Shown piece by piece: positions 1 through 9,392 of a stretch of 62,366 nucleotides of DNA. The stretch lies in assembly GCA_937140905.1 (NCBI GenBank), contig CAKZQO010000053.1, positions 1 through 62,366 on the forward strand, in the 5' to 3' direction. The notes beneath the pieces are model-generated. The model was given only the letters and a program-made list of their open reading frames with translations, was not told the DNA's origin and made no database searches. The DNA is from an uncultured Spirochaeta sp. Its GTDB lineage: Bacteria; Spirochaetota; Spirochaetia; DTKZ01. How positions within the stretch are numbered: the first letter of the stretch is position 1; each line of letters starts with the position of its first letter. Both the position numbers and the translations under genes were made by a program.

Positions 1-486
1 GAAAGGCATAGGGATCCTCTATTTTGATTCCCCATCGGAGGAAAGCGATGAATAGCATCAATCCTATTCCGCTATCGAACCGCATAAGGATTCGAGAATG
101 GGACACATCCATCCGGCTGCAACTTATACCGAACACCCAGTGTACCCCTACAGAAAGGATGATAAGACAAAGAGCATACCAATCCAGGACCCCTGTCAAT
201 GGTGGAACACCGAGCAAGCCTACACCTGATGATTCTTTCCAACTCCATTGGAAAATTCCTACGCTCGACACGGTAATACCCACTAGGGAAAGCATGAGGT
301 CGAGGATTCTCCTTCTCCGCACCCGTTGGAGAAGTTTGAATATACCCAGCGAAAGGAACGAAAGGATCAGGAAAAAACCTAAGGGCGGCATTTTATCCGG
401 AATGGGGAGGAACAAGAGAGAGAAGATAGATCGGAGAGCTACCACACTTCCCACAGTGCTTAAGAAAAGCACCCACGGATCCTGCC
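1..486 (-). CDS. Multi-pass membrane protein, 3'-partial at window edge. It is the third gene of the MoxR-DUF58 operon and may be a transglutaminase-type membrane protein.
   Basis: Own translation of the minus strand. GTG at 486-484 lies 15 nt after the DUF58 stop, and the frame stays open to position 1 (VLNRQDPWVLFLSTVGSVVAL...LGFFLILSFLSLGIF...). Several hydrophobic helices. Absent from the ORF track because it has no stop in the window. Start codon uncertain. Confidence 0.45.
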
Positions 487-500
487 GATTAAGCACGGAT

Positions 501-1685
501 CTATCCATCCCTGCCCTCCGGACTATCCTTTACAGAGAGGATCAGAAGACGATCTCTCCGATGAGGGGAAAGAAATTGCCGAGCGTATTCCCCTTCTGCT
601 CGTTCATAGCATGCATAGATATACCCGGTACCCCATCGACCGATCTCATAGGCTGTGCGATAGAATCTATCCGAGGGAGTTCTGGGTCCTTCGCTTGCGG
701 AATACGGATGAGGGAAACGAAGGCGGGCAAGTTTTTCCAAGAATCGACCTAGGTGTTCATACCCGGATCCCATAGGGAGAAAGGGTTCTGCGTCGCCTAT
801 GAGATCTCCATCGGTAACGAATCCCAGGGAAGCTCCTTGCTGGAAGGAAAGGTAGGCCCACGAAGCAACCGTTTCCAGGAGAGTTTCGAAGTCTTGTTCT
901 AAGTCATCCCGGGTAACGCCCTCTATGGATGGATCGGTAGAACCGAGTCGAGAAAGGTGCTGACGGAACCCTTCCACTTTTACAAGAACTAGGATCTTGG
1001 CGTGAGAAGTAGGTTCAAAGATCTTTTCCTGCACTGTTCCGATACGGGCGCTTGCCTTCCAGTGGATGAAGCGAGCGGGACGAGATCCAGTGTAGTCCCT
1101 CGTACCGCCATACCAAGCTGGATCTTCCACAAGCCCCTTCGCAGGATGTAGACCAAAGAACTCCTGGAACCGATCCGTGGAACCTTCCATCGTTTTCAAT
1201 CGAGGATACACGATGATTTCTTCAGGTAACGGCAAGGTTCGTTTCGTACAGGATAACCCGAAGGGATCCCCAAAGGTAAGGGAGCATGTTTTCAGGGGAT
1301 ATACACCCCTCCTGCTAAGGGGGATATTCCAAGAATGATGAATTTGGGAAACCGGAGGAACGATGGTTTGTCCTTTCGTTCGGAAGGGTCCTTCCATAGA
1401 GAGATAGAAAGGAAGAAGTTTTGCATTGTGTATCGAAACTTCCAAATGGACCTCTTCTCCAGGGAACAACCTAGTACGACCCACCTGAACGTGTGTAGAA
1501 ACCCGAAATGGGGCGATTCGGGTCCAGAGACTCGATCCCACCATTAATAGGAGAGTGGTTCCAGCAATAGAGGCCAATCCAAGGGAGTGGTTGAGGAGGG
1601 CCACGAAAAAGAGCCCTCCCAAGATTAGGATACTCAATGGAAAACCAAAGAAACTAGATATCAGGAACTCTTTCTGTTCGTTCAT
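501..1685 (-). CDS. DUF58 family protein (MoxR partner)
   Basis: 394-aa ORF with N-terminal TM helices. Signature TRDYTGSRPARFIHWKASARIGTVQEKIFEP is typical of DUF58. Lies directly downstream of the MoxR ATPase. Confidence 0.85.
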   Translation of the reverse strand: MNEQKEFLISSFFGFPLSILILGGLFFVALLNHSLGLASIAGTTLLLMVGSSLWTRIAPFRVSTHVQVGRTRLFPGEEVHLEVSIHNAKLLPFYLSMEGPFRTKGQTIVPPVSQIHHSWNIPLSRRGVYPLKTCSLTFGDPFGLSCTKRTLPLPEEIIVYPRLKTMEGSTDRFQEFFGLHPAKGLVEDPAWYGGTRDYTGSRPARFIHWKASARIGTVQEKIFEPTSHAKILVLVKVEGFRQHLSRLGSTDPSIEGVTRDDLEQDFETLLETVASWAYLSFQQGASLGFVTDGDLIGDAEPFLPMGSGYEHLGRFLEKLARLRFPHPYSASEGPRTPSDRFYRTAYEIGRWGTGYIYACYERAEGEYARQFLSPHRRDRLLILSVKDSPEGRDG

Positions 1686-1692
1686 GGGGGGA

Positions 1693-2646
1693 TTATTGCA
1701 CGGGTAAGGGAACCGGGATGGAGCGAAGCACTTCGTCCAACACTTCCCGGGGAGTTATACCACGGAGTCGTTCTTCTGGTTTTAAGATCAACCGATGTAG
1801 AAGAACAGGACCGGAAAGTTCCTGCACATCGTCGGGTATTACATAGGACCTGCCCTGGAGTAAAGCCCAGGCTTGGGAGGCCTTCAGCAGATTCAAGGTG
1901 GCTCGAGGGCTTGCCCCATACCTGACCGCTGGATGGAGTCGGGTTGCCTGCACGAGACGACTCAGGTATTCCCGAATGGCATTAGACACATGCACATGAC
2001 TCCGTTCCCGCTGCAGCTCCACAATCCTTTCAGGGGTTGTTAGAGGAGAGAGGGATAGGAGAGGGTCGGTTGTCTGGAACCGTTCTAGAATCAATGTTTC
2101 CTCTGAAATGGAGGGGTAGCCTATGTCGACCCGCATGAGGAATCGATCCAACTGTGCCTCGGGTAGGGGAAAGGTCCCATCCATTTCGATGGGATTCTGG
2201 GTAGCGATTACGAAGAAGGGTCGGGGGAGAGGATACGTAACGTTGTCCACGGTAACCTGAAACTCCCCCATGCTTTCTAAAAGGCTCGATTGCGTACGGG
2301 GAATGGTTCGGTTGATTTCATCCGCCAGCACTACGTTTGCCATGACAGGGCCTGGATGATAGGTGAAGGTTCCCGTCTTCGAGTCGAATACAGAGAAGCC
2401 CGTGATATCGGAAGGGAGAAGGTCTGGGGTAAATTGAATCCGTTTAAAGGTCCCATTGATGCAGTGGGCCAAGGTTTTGCCGATGAGAGTCTTTCCAATC
2501 CCGGGTACATCTTCCAGGAGAACGTGTCCTTCTGCCAATAGGGCAGTGACGAGCAACTCGAGCACCCTATGCTTTCCAACGATTACCTGTTGCATGTGCT
2601 GGATCAATTGCTGGAGTTCCCCGGAGTCTGTCAGTGTAGGATTCAT
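1693..2646 (-). CDS. MoxR-family AAA+ ATPase
   Basis: 317 aa. Walker A LLEDVPGIGKT, Walker B VVLADEINR, and conserved FFVIATQNPIE...LPEAQLDRF. Confidence 0.92.
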   Translation of the reverse strand: MNPTLTDSGELQQLIQHMQQVIVGKHRVLELLVTALLAEGHVLLEDVPGIGKTLIGKTLAHCINGTFKRIQFTPDLLPSDITGFSVFDSKTGTFTYHPGPVMANVVLADEINRTIPRTQSSLLESMGEFQVTVDNVTYPLPRPFFVIATQNPIEMDGTFPLPEAQLDRFLMRVDIGYPSISEETLILERFQTTDPLLSLSPLTTPERIVELQRERSHVHVSNAIREYLSRLVQATRLHPAVRYGASPRATLNLLKASQAWALLQGRSYVIPDDVQELSGPVLLHRLILKPEERLRGITPREVLDEVLRSIPVPLPVQ

Positions 2647-2651
2647 GGCCC

Positions 2652-2957
2652 TTACTTGGATAACGAAGACTTAAGGAGGTTGATTAGATCGGCGAGCCTT
2701 TTGTCCTGATGGGTTTGATGGCGTAAGGGTCGGTTAAGGTTGATGGTATATTCCAAACGCCTTCCCACCTTGTGTTTAGTTATGTAATGCTCCTGTTCCA
2801 AATCCGAAAGAATGCGCCACACCGCACGTTCGGTAATTCCTACCTGGTGGGCAATCTCCCGGGCTGTAAGATTCGGCTCATGAACGATGAGGCTCAAAAC
2901 GACAGCATGGTTTGTAATAAAGGTCCATGGTCTTAGCCTAGTTCTTACTTTTCGCAT
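2652..2957 (-). CDS. Winged-helix transcriptional regulator (ArsR/MarR-like)
   Basis: 101 aa. HTH segment TAREIAHQVGITERAVWRILSDLEQEHYI. First gene of the MoxR operon. Confidence 0.7.
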   Translation of the reverse strand: MRKVRTRLRPWTFITNHAVVLSLIVHEPNLTAREIAHQVGITERAVWRILSDLEQEHYITKHKVGRRLEYTINLNRPLRHQTHQDKRLADLINLLKSSLSK

Positions 2958-3126
2958 CCATCCACCCTATTACCTAAAATATTTTCTTCTGCAGTAATCA
3001 TACTATTCTATCCACGGGAAATCAACAAAAACCTATTGACAAAGTATCATAGATCATGAATCATATAACATGAAAAATATGTCATTAAAAAAATGACAAC
3101 CCTAGATTTTACGTAAGGAGTATGCT

Positions 3127-3348
3127 ATGAGCGAAGAAAAAGATGTTTCCAACAGGAAGAGTCTGACCAAGGCACAAGCCATGTGGGTGATGGGGATCGG
3201 TGGATTTTTATTTCTCCTCTCTATTCTCGTTCCTGCTCAACAAGGAACCACTCTCTATACGATAAAGATCATAGCGGGTATTATAGGTTTCTGCGTCCTC
3301 TGTTTGGGAGCCTACTTGCGACCCGTTCCTAAAGAAAAGCAATCCTAA
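3127..3348 (+). CDS. Small membrane protein, hypothetical
   Basis: 73 aa with two hydrophobic helices. AAGGAG lies 6 nt upstream of the ATG. Confidence 0.5.
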   Translation: MSEEKDVSNRKSLTKAQAMWVMGIGGFLFLLSILVPAQQGTTLYTIKIIAGIIGFCVLCLGAYLRPVPKEKQS

Positions 3349-3434
3349 TCCATTCTTACTAAATAAAAAGAATGCCTTACTCAAAGGGTAATTCCTATTG
3401 AGCAGAGCGTGGATTTTGGGTACATAATAGAGGC

Positions 3435-4475
3435 ATGATCAATACAAACGATCTGCGTATCGTTTCTTCGATTCCCCTCGTTCCCCCGAGTCAGCTCAAA
3501 CGGGAATTCCCAATGACAGAGGATGCAAACCGTACAGTAGTGGATGGACGGGACGTGATAGGGCGGATCATTAAAAAAGAGGATCCGAGAGTGTTAGCCA
3601 TCGTAGGTCCCTGCTCTATTCATGATCCCGTCGCCGCATTAGATTATGCCCGAAGGTTGGTGGAACTTCGGAAAAAGATTCTCGAGAAAGTGTATGTCGT
3701 GATGCGGGTTTACTTCGAAAAACCGCGTACTGTTCTGGGGTGGAGAGGGCTGATCTTTGATCCTGGGTTGGATGGTTCGGCCGATATTCCTAGAGGATTG
3801 CGAGAGGCTCGCCGACTTTTATTAGCTATCAACGAGATGGGTCTCCCCGCGGGCAGTGAAATACTGGATCCCATCGTTCCCCAGTACATAACCGACCTTC
3901 TCTCATGGGCCTCCATCGGGGCTAGAACTACGGAATCTCAGACCCATCGGGAAATGGCTAGTGGATTGTCCATGCCCGTAGGGTTCAAGAACGGAACCGA
4001 TGGAAGTCTGGAATCGGCCATCAATGCCATGACCAGTTCTCTCAATCCCCACAGTTTCATTGGAATCGATCAGGAGGGAATGACATCGATTCTACGGACC
4101 CGGGGAAATGATTCCATCCATCTGATCCTTCGAGGGGGGAAAATGGGACCCAACTACTACGAGGAGAATGTGGAACGAGCAGAAGAGTTGCTTAAACGTT
4201 CTGGACTACCAGAAGCAATCGTGGTGGATTGTAGCCACATGAACTCGGGAAAGAACCATTCCAGACAAGCCCGGGTTTTCCACGCGTTTCTGAACCAGCG
4301 TAGTCGGGGCAGGAAGTCCCTAATCGGTTTTATGCTGGAGAGCAACCTGTTCGAAGGAAACCAGGAGATTCCCAAGGACCTTTCCAACCTTAAGTATGGT
4401 GTTTCCATTACGGATGCGTGCATCGGTTGGGAAGAGACGGAAAAACTGCTTTTAGAAGCGTACAGGGGATTGTGA
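3435..4475 (+). CDS. 3-deoxy-7-phosphoheptulonate (DAHP) synthase, class I
   Basis: 346 aa with IVGPCSIHD, KPRT..GWRG and GFKNGTDG motifs of AroF/G/H-type enzymes. Confidence 0.92.
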   Translation: MINTNDLRIVSSIPLVPPSQLKREFPMTEDANRTVVDGRDVIGRIIKKEDPRVLAIVGPCSIHDPVAALDYARRLVELRKKILEKVYVVMRVYFEKPRTVLGWRGLIFDPGLDGSADIPRGLREARRLLLAINEMGLPAGSEILDPIVPQYITDLLSWASIGARTTESQTHREMASGLSMPVGFKNGTDGSLESAINAMTSSLNPHSFIGIDQEGMTSILRTRGNDSIHLILRGGKMGPNYYEENVERAEELLKRSGLPEAIVVDCSHMNSGKNHSRQARVFHAFLNQRSRGRKSLIGFMLESNLFEGNQEIPKDLSNLKYGVSITDACIGWEETEKLLLEAYRGL

Positions 4476-4480
4476 TCCTT

Positions 4481-4705
4481 CTACACACCTGTAATCTCTC
4501 CGGGCTTTGTTCCCGGTGGTGGTGCAAGGTCCGTCTTTTGGCTTAATGAACCTATGCGAGCAGAATGAAGCAGGACCTCAGCCTGATGTTTCAAGAATTC
4601 CAAGTTTTCCTCTGCCAGTAACGGAGCGATTTGGGATATTTCTTTCAATAAGATTTCCTTACGGGTTTTTGGTGGGGAACACCGTTTCTTTGCCGAGGAT
4701 GCCAT
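4481..4705 (-). CDS. Hypothetical small protein
   Basis: 74-aa ORF convergent with the DAHP synthase gene. No recognisable family. Confidence 0.3.
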   Translation of the reverse strand: MASSAKKRCSPPKTRKEILLKEISQIAPLLAEENLEFLKHQAEVLLHSARIGSLSQKTDLAPPPGTKPGEITGV

Positions 4706-4755
4706 GAAATCAAGTATAGCACCATTTTCAGGAAAAGGATAACAATTTTTCCCTT

Positions 4756-5187
4756 TTACTTTGGAAGAGCCAAGGTAATGGATACAGAGGAGACCAAAGG
4801 AGGGATTTGAGAGGGTTCGTGAGACAAGAAGAATAAGGGAGTAAACTCATGGATTCGCAGTAGGCCGTAGGAAGGAAGGGTCTCCATACTAGGCTCTGAG
4901 AAAGGTTTGAAACAGCTACGAAGTAAGCGGTTGCGGTAGTAGATTCCTACACTATCTATGGAAAAAGTCATCCGCATAGGATGTAACCAGTGGTGCTTCA
5001 TGGGGATGGTAGTGAAGGGGTTCAATGTGAACTGAGCCTGGTATTCTGATTCAAGATGAATCACTCTTGCTGGAGGGGGAGAATTAGGCTCCCTACCTTG
5101 CACAGAAACGTCTATTATGGGTATACTGTGTATGTTGCCCACAGTGAGTATAAAAATACTTAGAAGAAACAATATCCACTTTATCAT
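4756..5187 (-). CDS. Hypothetical secreted protein
   Basis: 143 aa with an N-terminal signal-like helix (MIKWILFLLSIFILTVG). No family recognised. Confidence 0.45.
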   Translation of the reverse strand: MIKWILFLLSIFILTVGNIHSIPIIDVSVQGREPNSPPPARVIHLESEYQAQFTLNPFTTIPMKHHWLHPMRMTFSIDSVGIYYRNRLLRSCFKPFSEPSMETLPSYGLLRIHEFTPLFFLSHEPSQIPPLVSSVSITLALPK

Positions 5188-5289
5188 AAATATTCTATAA
5201 ATATTTTCTCTCCAATGATTCTACTATGATCGTTCCATACCGTCAAGAATAAAAGTTGAGAAAAGTGGAGTGTTAAAAGAGAAAAAGAT

Positions 5290-5400
5290 AGGGGATTCTA
5301 GAGGGCGGGATCGGTTTATTGTCGGCTGTCCTCTGGCAGGAGGTAGGTGCAAGCTGATCAACCGACTGTCTTCAGTTGTCCCGAGTCTCTAGAATCCCCT
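5290..5400 (-). terminator. Long hairpin followed by a T-rich run, downstream of glnK (putative operon terminator)
   Basis: Perfect 14-bp inverted repeat aggggattctagag (5290-5303) / ctctagaatcccct (5387-5400). On the minus strand it is followed by atctttttctctttt. Begins 6 nt after the glnK stop. Confidence 0.45.
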
Positions 5401-5405
5401 TTTGC

Positions 5406-5747
5406 TCATCCAATAGCCGTCGACCCCGTTTCACCGGTCCGTATTCTGATGCATTCTTCTAGAGGAAGGATGAAAATCTTACCGTCCCCAATCTCCCCTG
5501 TCCGAGCACCGGCAATGATCCCCTCGATCGTGGGTTTCACATACCCGTCGTTTACAGCGATTTCCAACCGCACCTTTTTCAAAAGGTTCACCTCTTCGTC
5601 TACTCCACGGTAGGATTCATGGTACCCTTTTTGTTGCCCGCATCCGAGAGCATTGGTAACGGACATCTTGAAGATTTCTCTCTTGTACAACTCTTGTTTC
5701 ACGTCGTTGAGTTTGTACGGCTGTATATACGCAATGATCAGTTTCAT
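5406..5747 (-). CDS. glnK: Nitrogen regulatory protein P-II
   Basis: 113 aa with the P-II fold sequence ([13 protein letters not shown]...[20 protein letters not shown]). Immediately downstream of amt and has an AGGAGG Shine-Dalgarno (SD) site. Confidence 0.9.
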   Translation of the reverse strand: MKLIIAYIQPYKLNDVKQELYKREIFKMSVTNALGCGQQKGYHESYRGVDEEVNLLKKVRLEIAVNDGYVKPTIEGIIAGARTGEIGDGKIFILPLEECIRIRTGETGSTAIG

Positions 5748-5773
5748 AGTTGCCTCCTAGTTTGATTCTTTTC

Positions 5774-7099
5774 CTACATGTTGGTGAATACTTGAAAACC
5801 TGAGTACGCTTCCATGCCATGCTCCCCAATGTCGAGACCCATCAACTCTTCTTCCCGACTCACCCGTATCCCAACGGTCTTTTTCAGCAGATACCAGCTT
5901 AAGAGAGCCACCAGGAACACAAAGGCGCCTACACTCGCTACCCCTAAAAGCTGTACCCCTAGCTGCTGAAAGCCGCCTCCTGAAAATAATCCATTGGACA
6001 ATGCGTCCGCATCGGTACCGATCTTGGCTGCAATTTCCTTGTCAGCGAATAGTCCCACGGCGAGGGTGCCGAAGACCCCATTCACTAAATGCACCGAAAG
6101 GGCTCCCACAGGATCGTCAATCCGTTTCCTATCGAAGAAGAGCACGGAAACGACCACTAGGATCCCCGCTATCAATCCTATGATGATCGAGGCTGGGATG
6201 GACACGAACGCGCAAGGTGCGGTAATAGCGACTAGCCCCGCTAAACACCCATTCAAGATCATGGAAAGATCCGGCTTTCCAAGCAAGAACCAAGCCGTAA
6301 TAGTGGCAGAAATGGAAGCTGCCGCAGCAGCCGCATTGGTGGTGACCGCAATGTGCGCGATAGCATCTGGATTCAACGCCATGGTAGAGCCAGGATTGAA
6401 CCCAAACCAACCGAACCATAGGACAAACACCCCTAGTGTGGCGATGGAAAGGTTATGCCCATAGATAGGCCGAGGGGAACCGTCGGGTTTGTATTTTCCT
6501 ATTCTTGGACCCAACAGCAGAATACCTGCCAGCGCGCTCCATCCGCCTACCGAATGTACCACCGTAGAACCGGCAAAATCGAACATCCCAAGTTCGGCTA
6601 GCCATCCCCCTCCCCAGATCCAATGCCCTCCAATGGGATAGATTACCATCGCGATTAGGACCGTAAAGAAGATGAAAGCCTTGAACTTGATCCGTTCGGC
6701 TACGGCCCCTGATACAATCGTGGCAGCGGTTCCGCAGAACACAAGCTGAAAGAAGAACTTGGCAGCCAAGGGTACCCCTGTCCAGCTCAAGGCGGTATAC
6801 GCACCTTTGTACGCATCTCCCGTAGCGGGACTATTGTCCGCGCCAGTCAGGGCGAACAACCCTTCCAAGCCCCAAAAAGGATTCCCGTTCCCGAACATCA
6901 AACCAAAGCCAATCACGTAGAAGGCAAGGGAAGAAACCCCGAACACGATGAAATTCTTTGCCAGGATATTCACCGTGTTCTTTACCCTGCAAAGCCCGGA
7001 TTCGACCATGGCGAATCCAAGATTCATGAAGAAAACGAGGAATCCGGCCACGAGAACCCATAGGGTATCCAGGGCTATTTTCAACGAACCAGCATCCAT
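5774..7099 (-). CDS. amtB: Ammonium transporter (Amt family)
   Basis: Amt signatures (DFAGSTVVHSVGGW, GFNPGS, HLVNGVFGTLAVGLF). The track ORF starts at 7156. I prefer the ATG at 7099 (MDAGSLKIALDTLWVL) because it is preceded by GGAGGAG, and the 7141-7155 segment looks like the promoter. Confidence 0.88.
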   Translation of the reverse strand: MDAGSLKIALDTLWVLVAGFLVFFMNLGFAMVESGLCRVKNTVNILAKNFIVFGVSSLAFYVIGFGLMFGNGNPFWGLEGLFALTGADNSPATGDAYKGAYTALSWTGVPLAAKFFFQLVFCGTAATIVSGAVAERIKFKAFIFFTVLIAMVIYPIGGHWIWGGGWLAELGMFDFAGSTVVHSVGGWSALAGILLLGPRIGKYKPDGSPRPIYGHNLSIATLGVFVLWFGWFGFNPGSTMALNPDAIAHIAVTTNAAAAAASISATITAWFLLGKPDLSMILNGCLAGLVAITAPCAFVSIPASIIIGLIAGILVVVSVLFFDRKRIDDPVGALSVHLVNGVFGTLAVGLFADKEIAAKIGTDADALSNGLFSGGGFQQLGVQLLGVASVGAFVFLVALLSWYLLKKTVGIRVSREEELMGLDIGEHGMEAYSGFQVFTNM

Positions 7100-7139
7100 A
7101 CTCTCCTCCATTGATGATATAAACTGTTTGTGGTTTAAA

Positions 7140-7155
7140 AGCAAAAGTCGTACCA
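7140..7155 (-). promoter_or_regulatory. Sigma54 (-24/-12) promoter of amt-glnK
   Basis: The minus strand reads TGGTACGACTTTTGCT, against the consensus TGGCACG-N4-TTGCW. GG and GC show the exact 12-nt register. Lies about 40-55 nt upstream of the preferred ATG. Confidence 0.55.
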
Positions 7156-7287
7156 AAATACAGATAAATATGCTTCGATTATTGTATTTTCATTCAACAG
7201 AATACATTATCGATATATATTTCTATTCACTCCTTTGTGTGGGAATCAGAAAAACAGCAACAGAACGGTAGCTTAATCTATTAGAAG

Positions 7288-7330
7288 CTACAATAATGTA
7301 GCTATATAGAATGAGAACTACAATAATGTA
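7288..7330. promoter_or_regulatory. Two 13-bp repeats (ctacaataatgta), each an internal palindrome; candidate enhancer (UAS) sites
   Basis: Copies at 7288-7300 and 7318-7330, spaced 30 bp apart. The first extends to the perfect palindrome GCTACA-ATAA-TGTAGC (7287-7302). They lie about 130-175 bp upstream of the sigma54 promoter. Confidence 0.4.
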
Positions 7331-7363
7331 AGAAATTGCAGAAAGGATCTGAGCCTAGTCGCC

Positions 7364-8278
7364 TTAGAAGATCACCAGATCCAGGGGTCCGCCGGAAATG
7401 CGGGGAAGGAATACCTCATCCGAAGAAAGGTACCTGTTCCAGTTCTTTTCGATCTGGTCTCGGATGTAGTGATAAGCTTCGAGGGTGGTAATCCAGCCAT
7501 CGTGGTTCCTGTCCGCAGAATAAGGGGCTTGGAGTAGATAGTAGGTAAAAAGGCCATGAGCAATAGGAACTCCATTGATTTCATCTTTTTCAAACACAGG
7601 TTCTAGTGCTCCACCGGCCGCAATCACTACCGCTTCTGTGTAGGGGATATCCCCTTCCTCCACGTTGGCAAAGTATTTCACGAAGGCCTTCTGAGCCGCC
7701 TTCAGGTAATCGATCCCGCTCCCCCGATAGTCAGGGGGTATGGCATCCACACCGGGGAAGTCTCTAATAAAGCCCCCCGAGTTACAGGAATCCAACAGTA
7801 CCACTTTTCGTTTCGAAGGTACCTTCTGTAGAAGTCGCATTAGTTCCGAGTCTTCTACTATTCCATTTGAAGGATTTGCATGATCATAAAGAACTATGTA
7901 TTCATGAGTTGATTGATCAATACTGATCCGTTGAGTTCCGTGTCCGGAAAAATAGAAAAGAAATAAAGAATCCGCTTTGGCCTTGGCAGCGATATCTTCG
8001 ATGTCTTTTTGTAGATGATCTTTTGTTGCCTCTGAATCGGTTCGAAGGATCACGTGTTCGGACGGGTAGCCCCGACTCTTTAAAAGGTTTTCCACGGCAA
8101 CTGCATCGTTTACACTAAAGAACAGAGTTGTTATAGGTTCTTTATAATTAGCCACTCCGTACACGATCGCGTACCTCTCGCCCGGATCGGGGTCTATGCT
8201 ACAGGATAGGAAAGGAATAGAAGGGAGTATCGTGGTCAGAATTAAGAGGGTTGAGCGAAGGAAAGGGCGAAAGTTCAT
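7364..8278 (-). CDS. Caspase-like (peptidase C14) lipoprotein with a C-terminal EF-hand loop
   Basis: 304 aa. Lipobox LSC; His site FYFSGHG; Cys site LLDSCNSGG; EF-hand loop DRNHDGWITTLE (7478-7513). Confidence 0.85.
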   Translation of the reverse strand: MNFRPFLRSTLLILTTILPSIPFLSCSIDPDPGERYAIVYGVANYKEPITTLFFSVNDAVAVENLLKSRGYPSEHVILRTDSEATKDHLQKDIEDIAAKAKADSLFLFYFSGHGTQRISIDQSTHEYIVLYDHANPSNGIVEDSELMRLLQKVPSKRKVVLLDSCNSGGFIRDFPGVDAIPPDYRGSGIDYLKAAQKAFVKYFANVEEGDIPYTEAVVIAAGGALEPVFEKDEINGVPIAHGLFTYYLLQAPYSADRNHDGWITTLEAYHYIRDQIEKNWNRYLSSDEVFLPRISGGPLDLVIF

Positions 8279-8964
8279 CTACCCTCCTTGTTCATTGGAT
8301 TCGTCCAGGTGTACACCACCCCGATGGATAGACCAAAGGAAAAGGAGGAATCTAGATCTTTTCGGAAGTACCACTCGAAGGGTACCGAATACCGAATTCT
8401 AATTCTGGGATAGGCTGTTAAATAATCGAGAAAAAGGAAGGTGTAGGCAGAGGGGTAAAAGAACAAAAGATCCGTTTCCCGATACCGAGAAAAGAACCCT
8501 CCTCCCCCTCCACCCCAGCCGGCCCGAAAAATAGAACCAGAAGTTGGTTTTTCTCTGGATGCCTTTTCCTTGACCGAAGTGTCCTTATCATGAGTGCCAG
8601 AACTTGAAAGGTCACCCATAGAAGTGCCCCCGATAGAAAAAGGTATTTCCACCTGAACTCTAGCATGAAACCCCTCATACCCTCGGTATCCCCATCCGCC
8701 ATCCAGATTCGTGGCTTCCGTGCCGTGGATACCGAGGATCCCGGAGATCGCCCATGAAGACCATTCCAGGAGGGTAGCGAGTTCTAGGGAGTTACTCCCC
8801 TGGGTTTTAAAGTCGAACCCTTCCAAGCGGGAGATGACTACCGTGCCTCTGCTAGAGAGGGAATGGGAAATATCGATGGAAAATGCAGGAACTGCCGATA
8901 CTAGGATGGCAAAGAGGGCAAATCTGGATATAATTTTCATAGGCTGAATAGAATTTGTCCTCAA
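8275..8964 (-). CDS. Putative outer-membrane beta-barrel protein, hypothetical
   Basis: 229 aa with a signal peptide, alternating aromatic/polar strands and a Gly-rich loop. Overlaps the caspase-like gene by 4 nt, so they form an operon. Confidence 0.5.
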   Translation of the reverse strand: MRTNSIQPMKIISRFALFAILVSAVPAFSIDISHSLSSRGTVVISRLEGFDFKTQGSNSLELATLLEWSSWAISGILGIHGTEATNLDGGWGYRGYEGFHARVQVEIPFSIGGTSMGDLSSSGTHDKDTSVKEKASREKPTSGSIFRAGWGGGGGGFFSRYRETDLLFFYPSAYTFLFLDYLTAYPRIRIRYSVPFEWYFRKDLDSSFSFGLSIGVVYTWTNPMNKEGR

Positions 8965-8995
8965 ATGGAGAAGAATTCAAGGGAAATCTTATACT

Positions 8996-9382
8996 ATGTG
9001 GAAGAAGATAGGGTTGGTCGTATTGGGGATGACTCTCATCTTTCCCCTTTCTTGTAGTAAAAAGGTTGCTCCTGTGAAGGTGGAACTTCCGCCTACCCCT
9101 GTTCTTACCGTGAAAGCCAACTGGGGAGTAGTGGTTTCCCCCTATCTACGGGTGCGCAAGAAACCCTCTGTTGATGGGGAGGTAGTGGCCCATCTTCGGA
9201 ACGCCTCCATCGCCGAGGTGCTATCTCGAACTGCGTATCCCGAGACGATCGAAGGGAAAGCTGACTACTGGTACGAGATCTCCTCCGAAGGCGTTCGTGG
9301 CTGGGTGTTTGGAAGCTACCTCAAATTCTTCGATACGAAAGCTGAAGCAGAGAAAGCCGCGACTAGCACGCAGAACGGCTAG
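8996..9382 (+). CDS. SH3b-domain lipoprotein
   Basis: 128 aa. Lipobox PLSC. Bacterial SH3 pattern LRVRKKPSVDGEVVAHL...WYEISSEGVRGWVFGSYL. Confidence 0.7.
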   Translation: MWKKIGLVVLGMTLIFPLSCSKKVAPVKVELPPTPVLTVKANWGVVVSPYLRVRKKPSVDGEVVAHLRNASIAEVLSRTAYPETIEGKADYWYEISSEGVRGWVFGSYLKFFDTKAEAEKAATSTQNG

Positions 9383-9392
9383 TCTTTAGACC

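Noticed and set aside
24-752. 242-aa plus-strand ORF at the left edge
   Set aside because: It is antisense to the DUF58 gene and the downstream membrane-protein gene. Its composition is Arg/Ser/Pro-rich and matches no family.
3046-3097. Three tandem ATCATRR heptads and a gtcat-N7-atgac dyad in the divergent promoter region
   Set aside because: They are short, AT-rich, and could arise by chance in a promoter region. There is no second occurrence to support calling them an operator.
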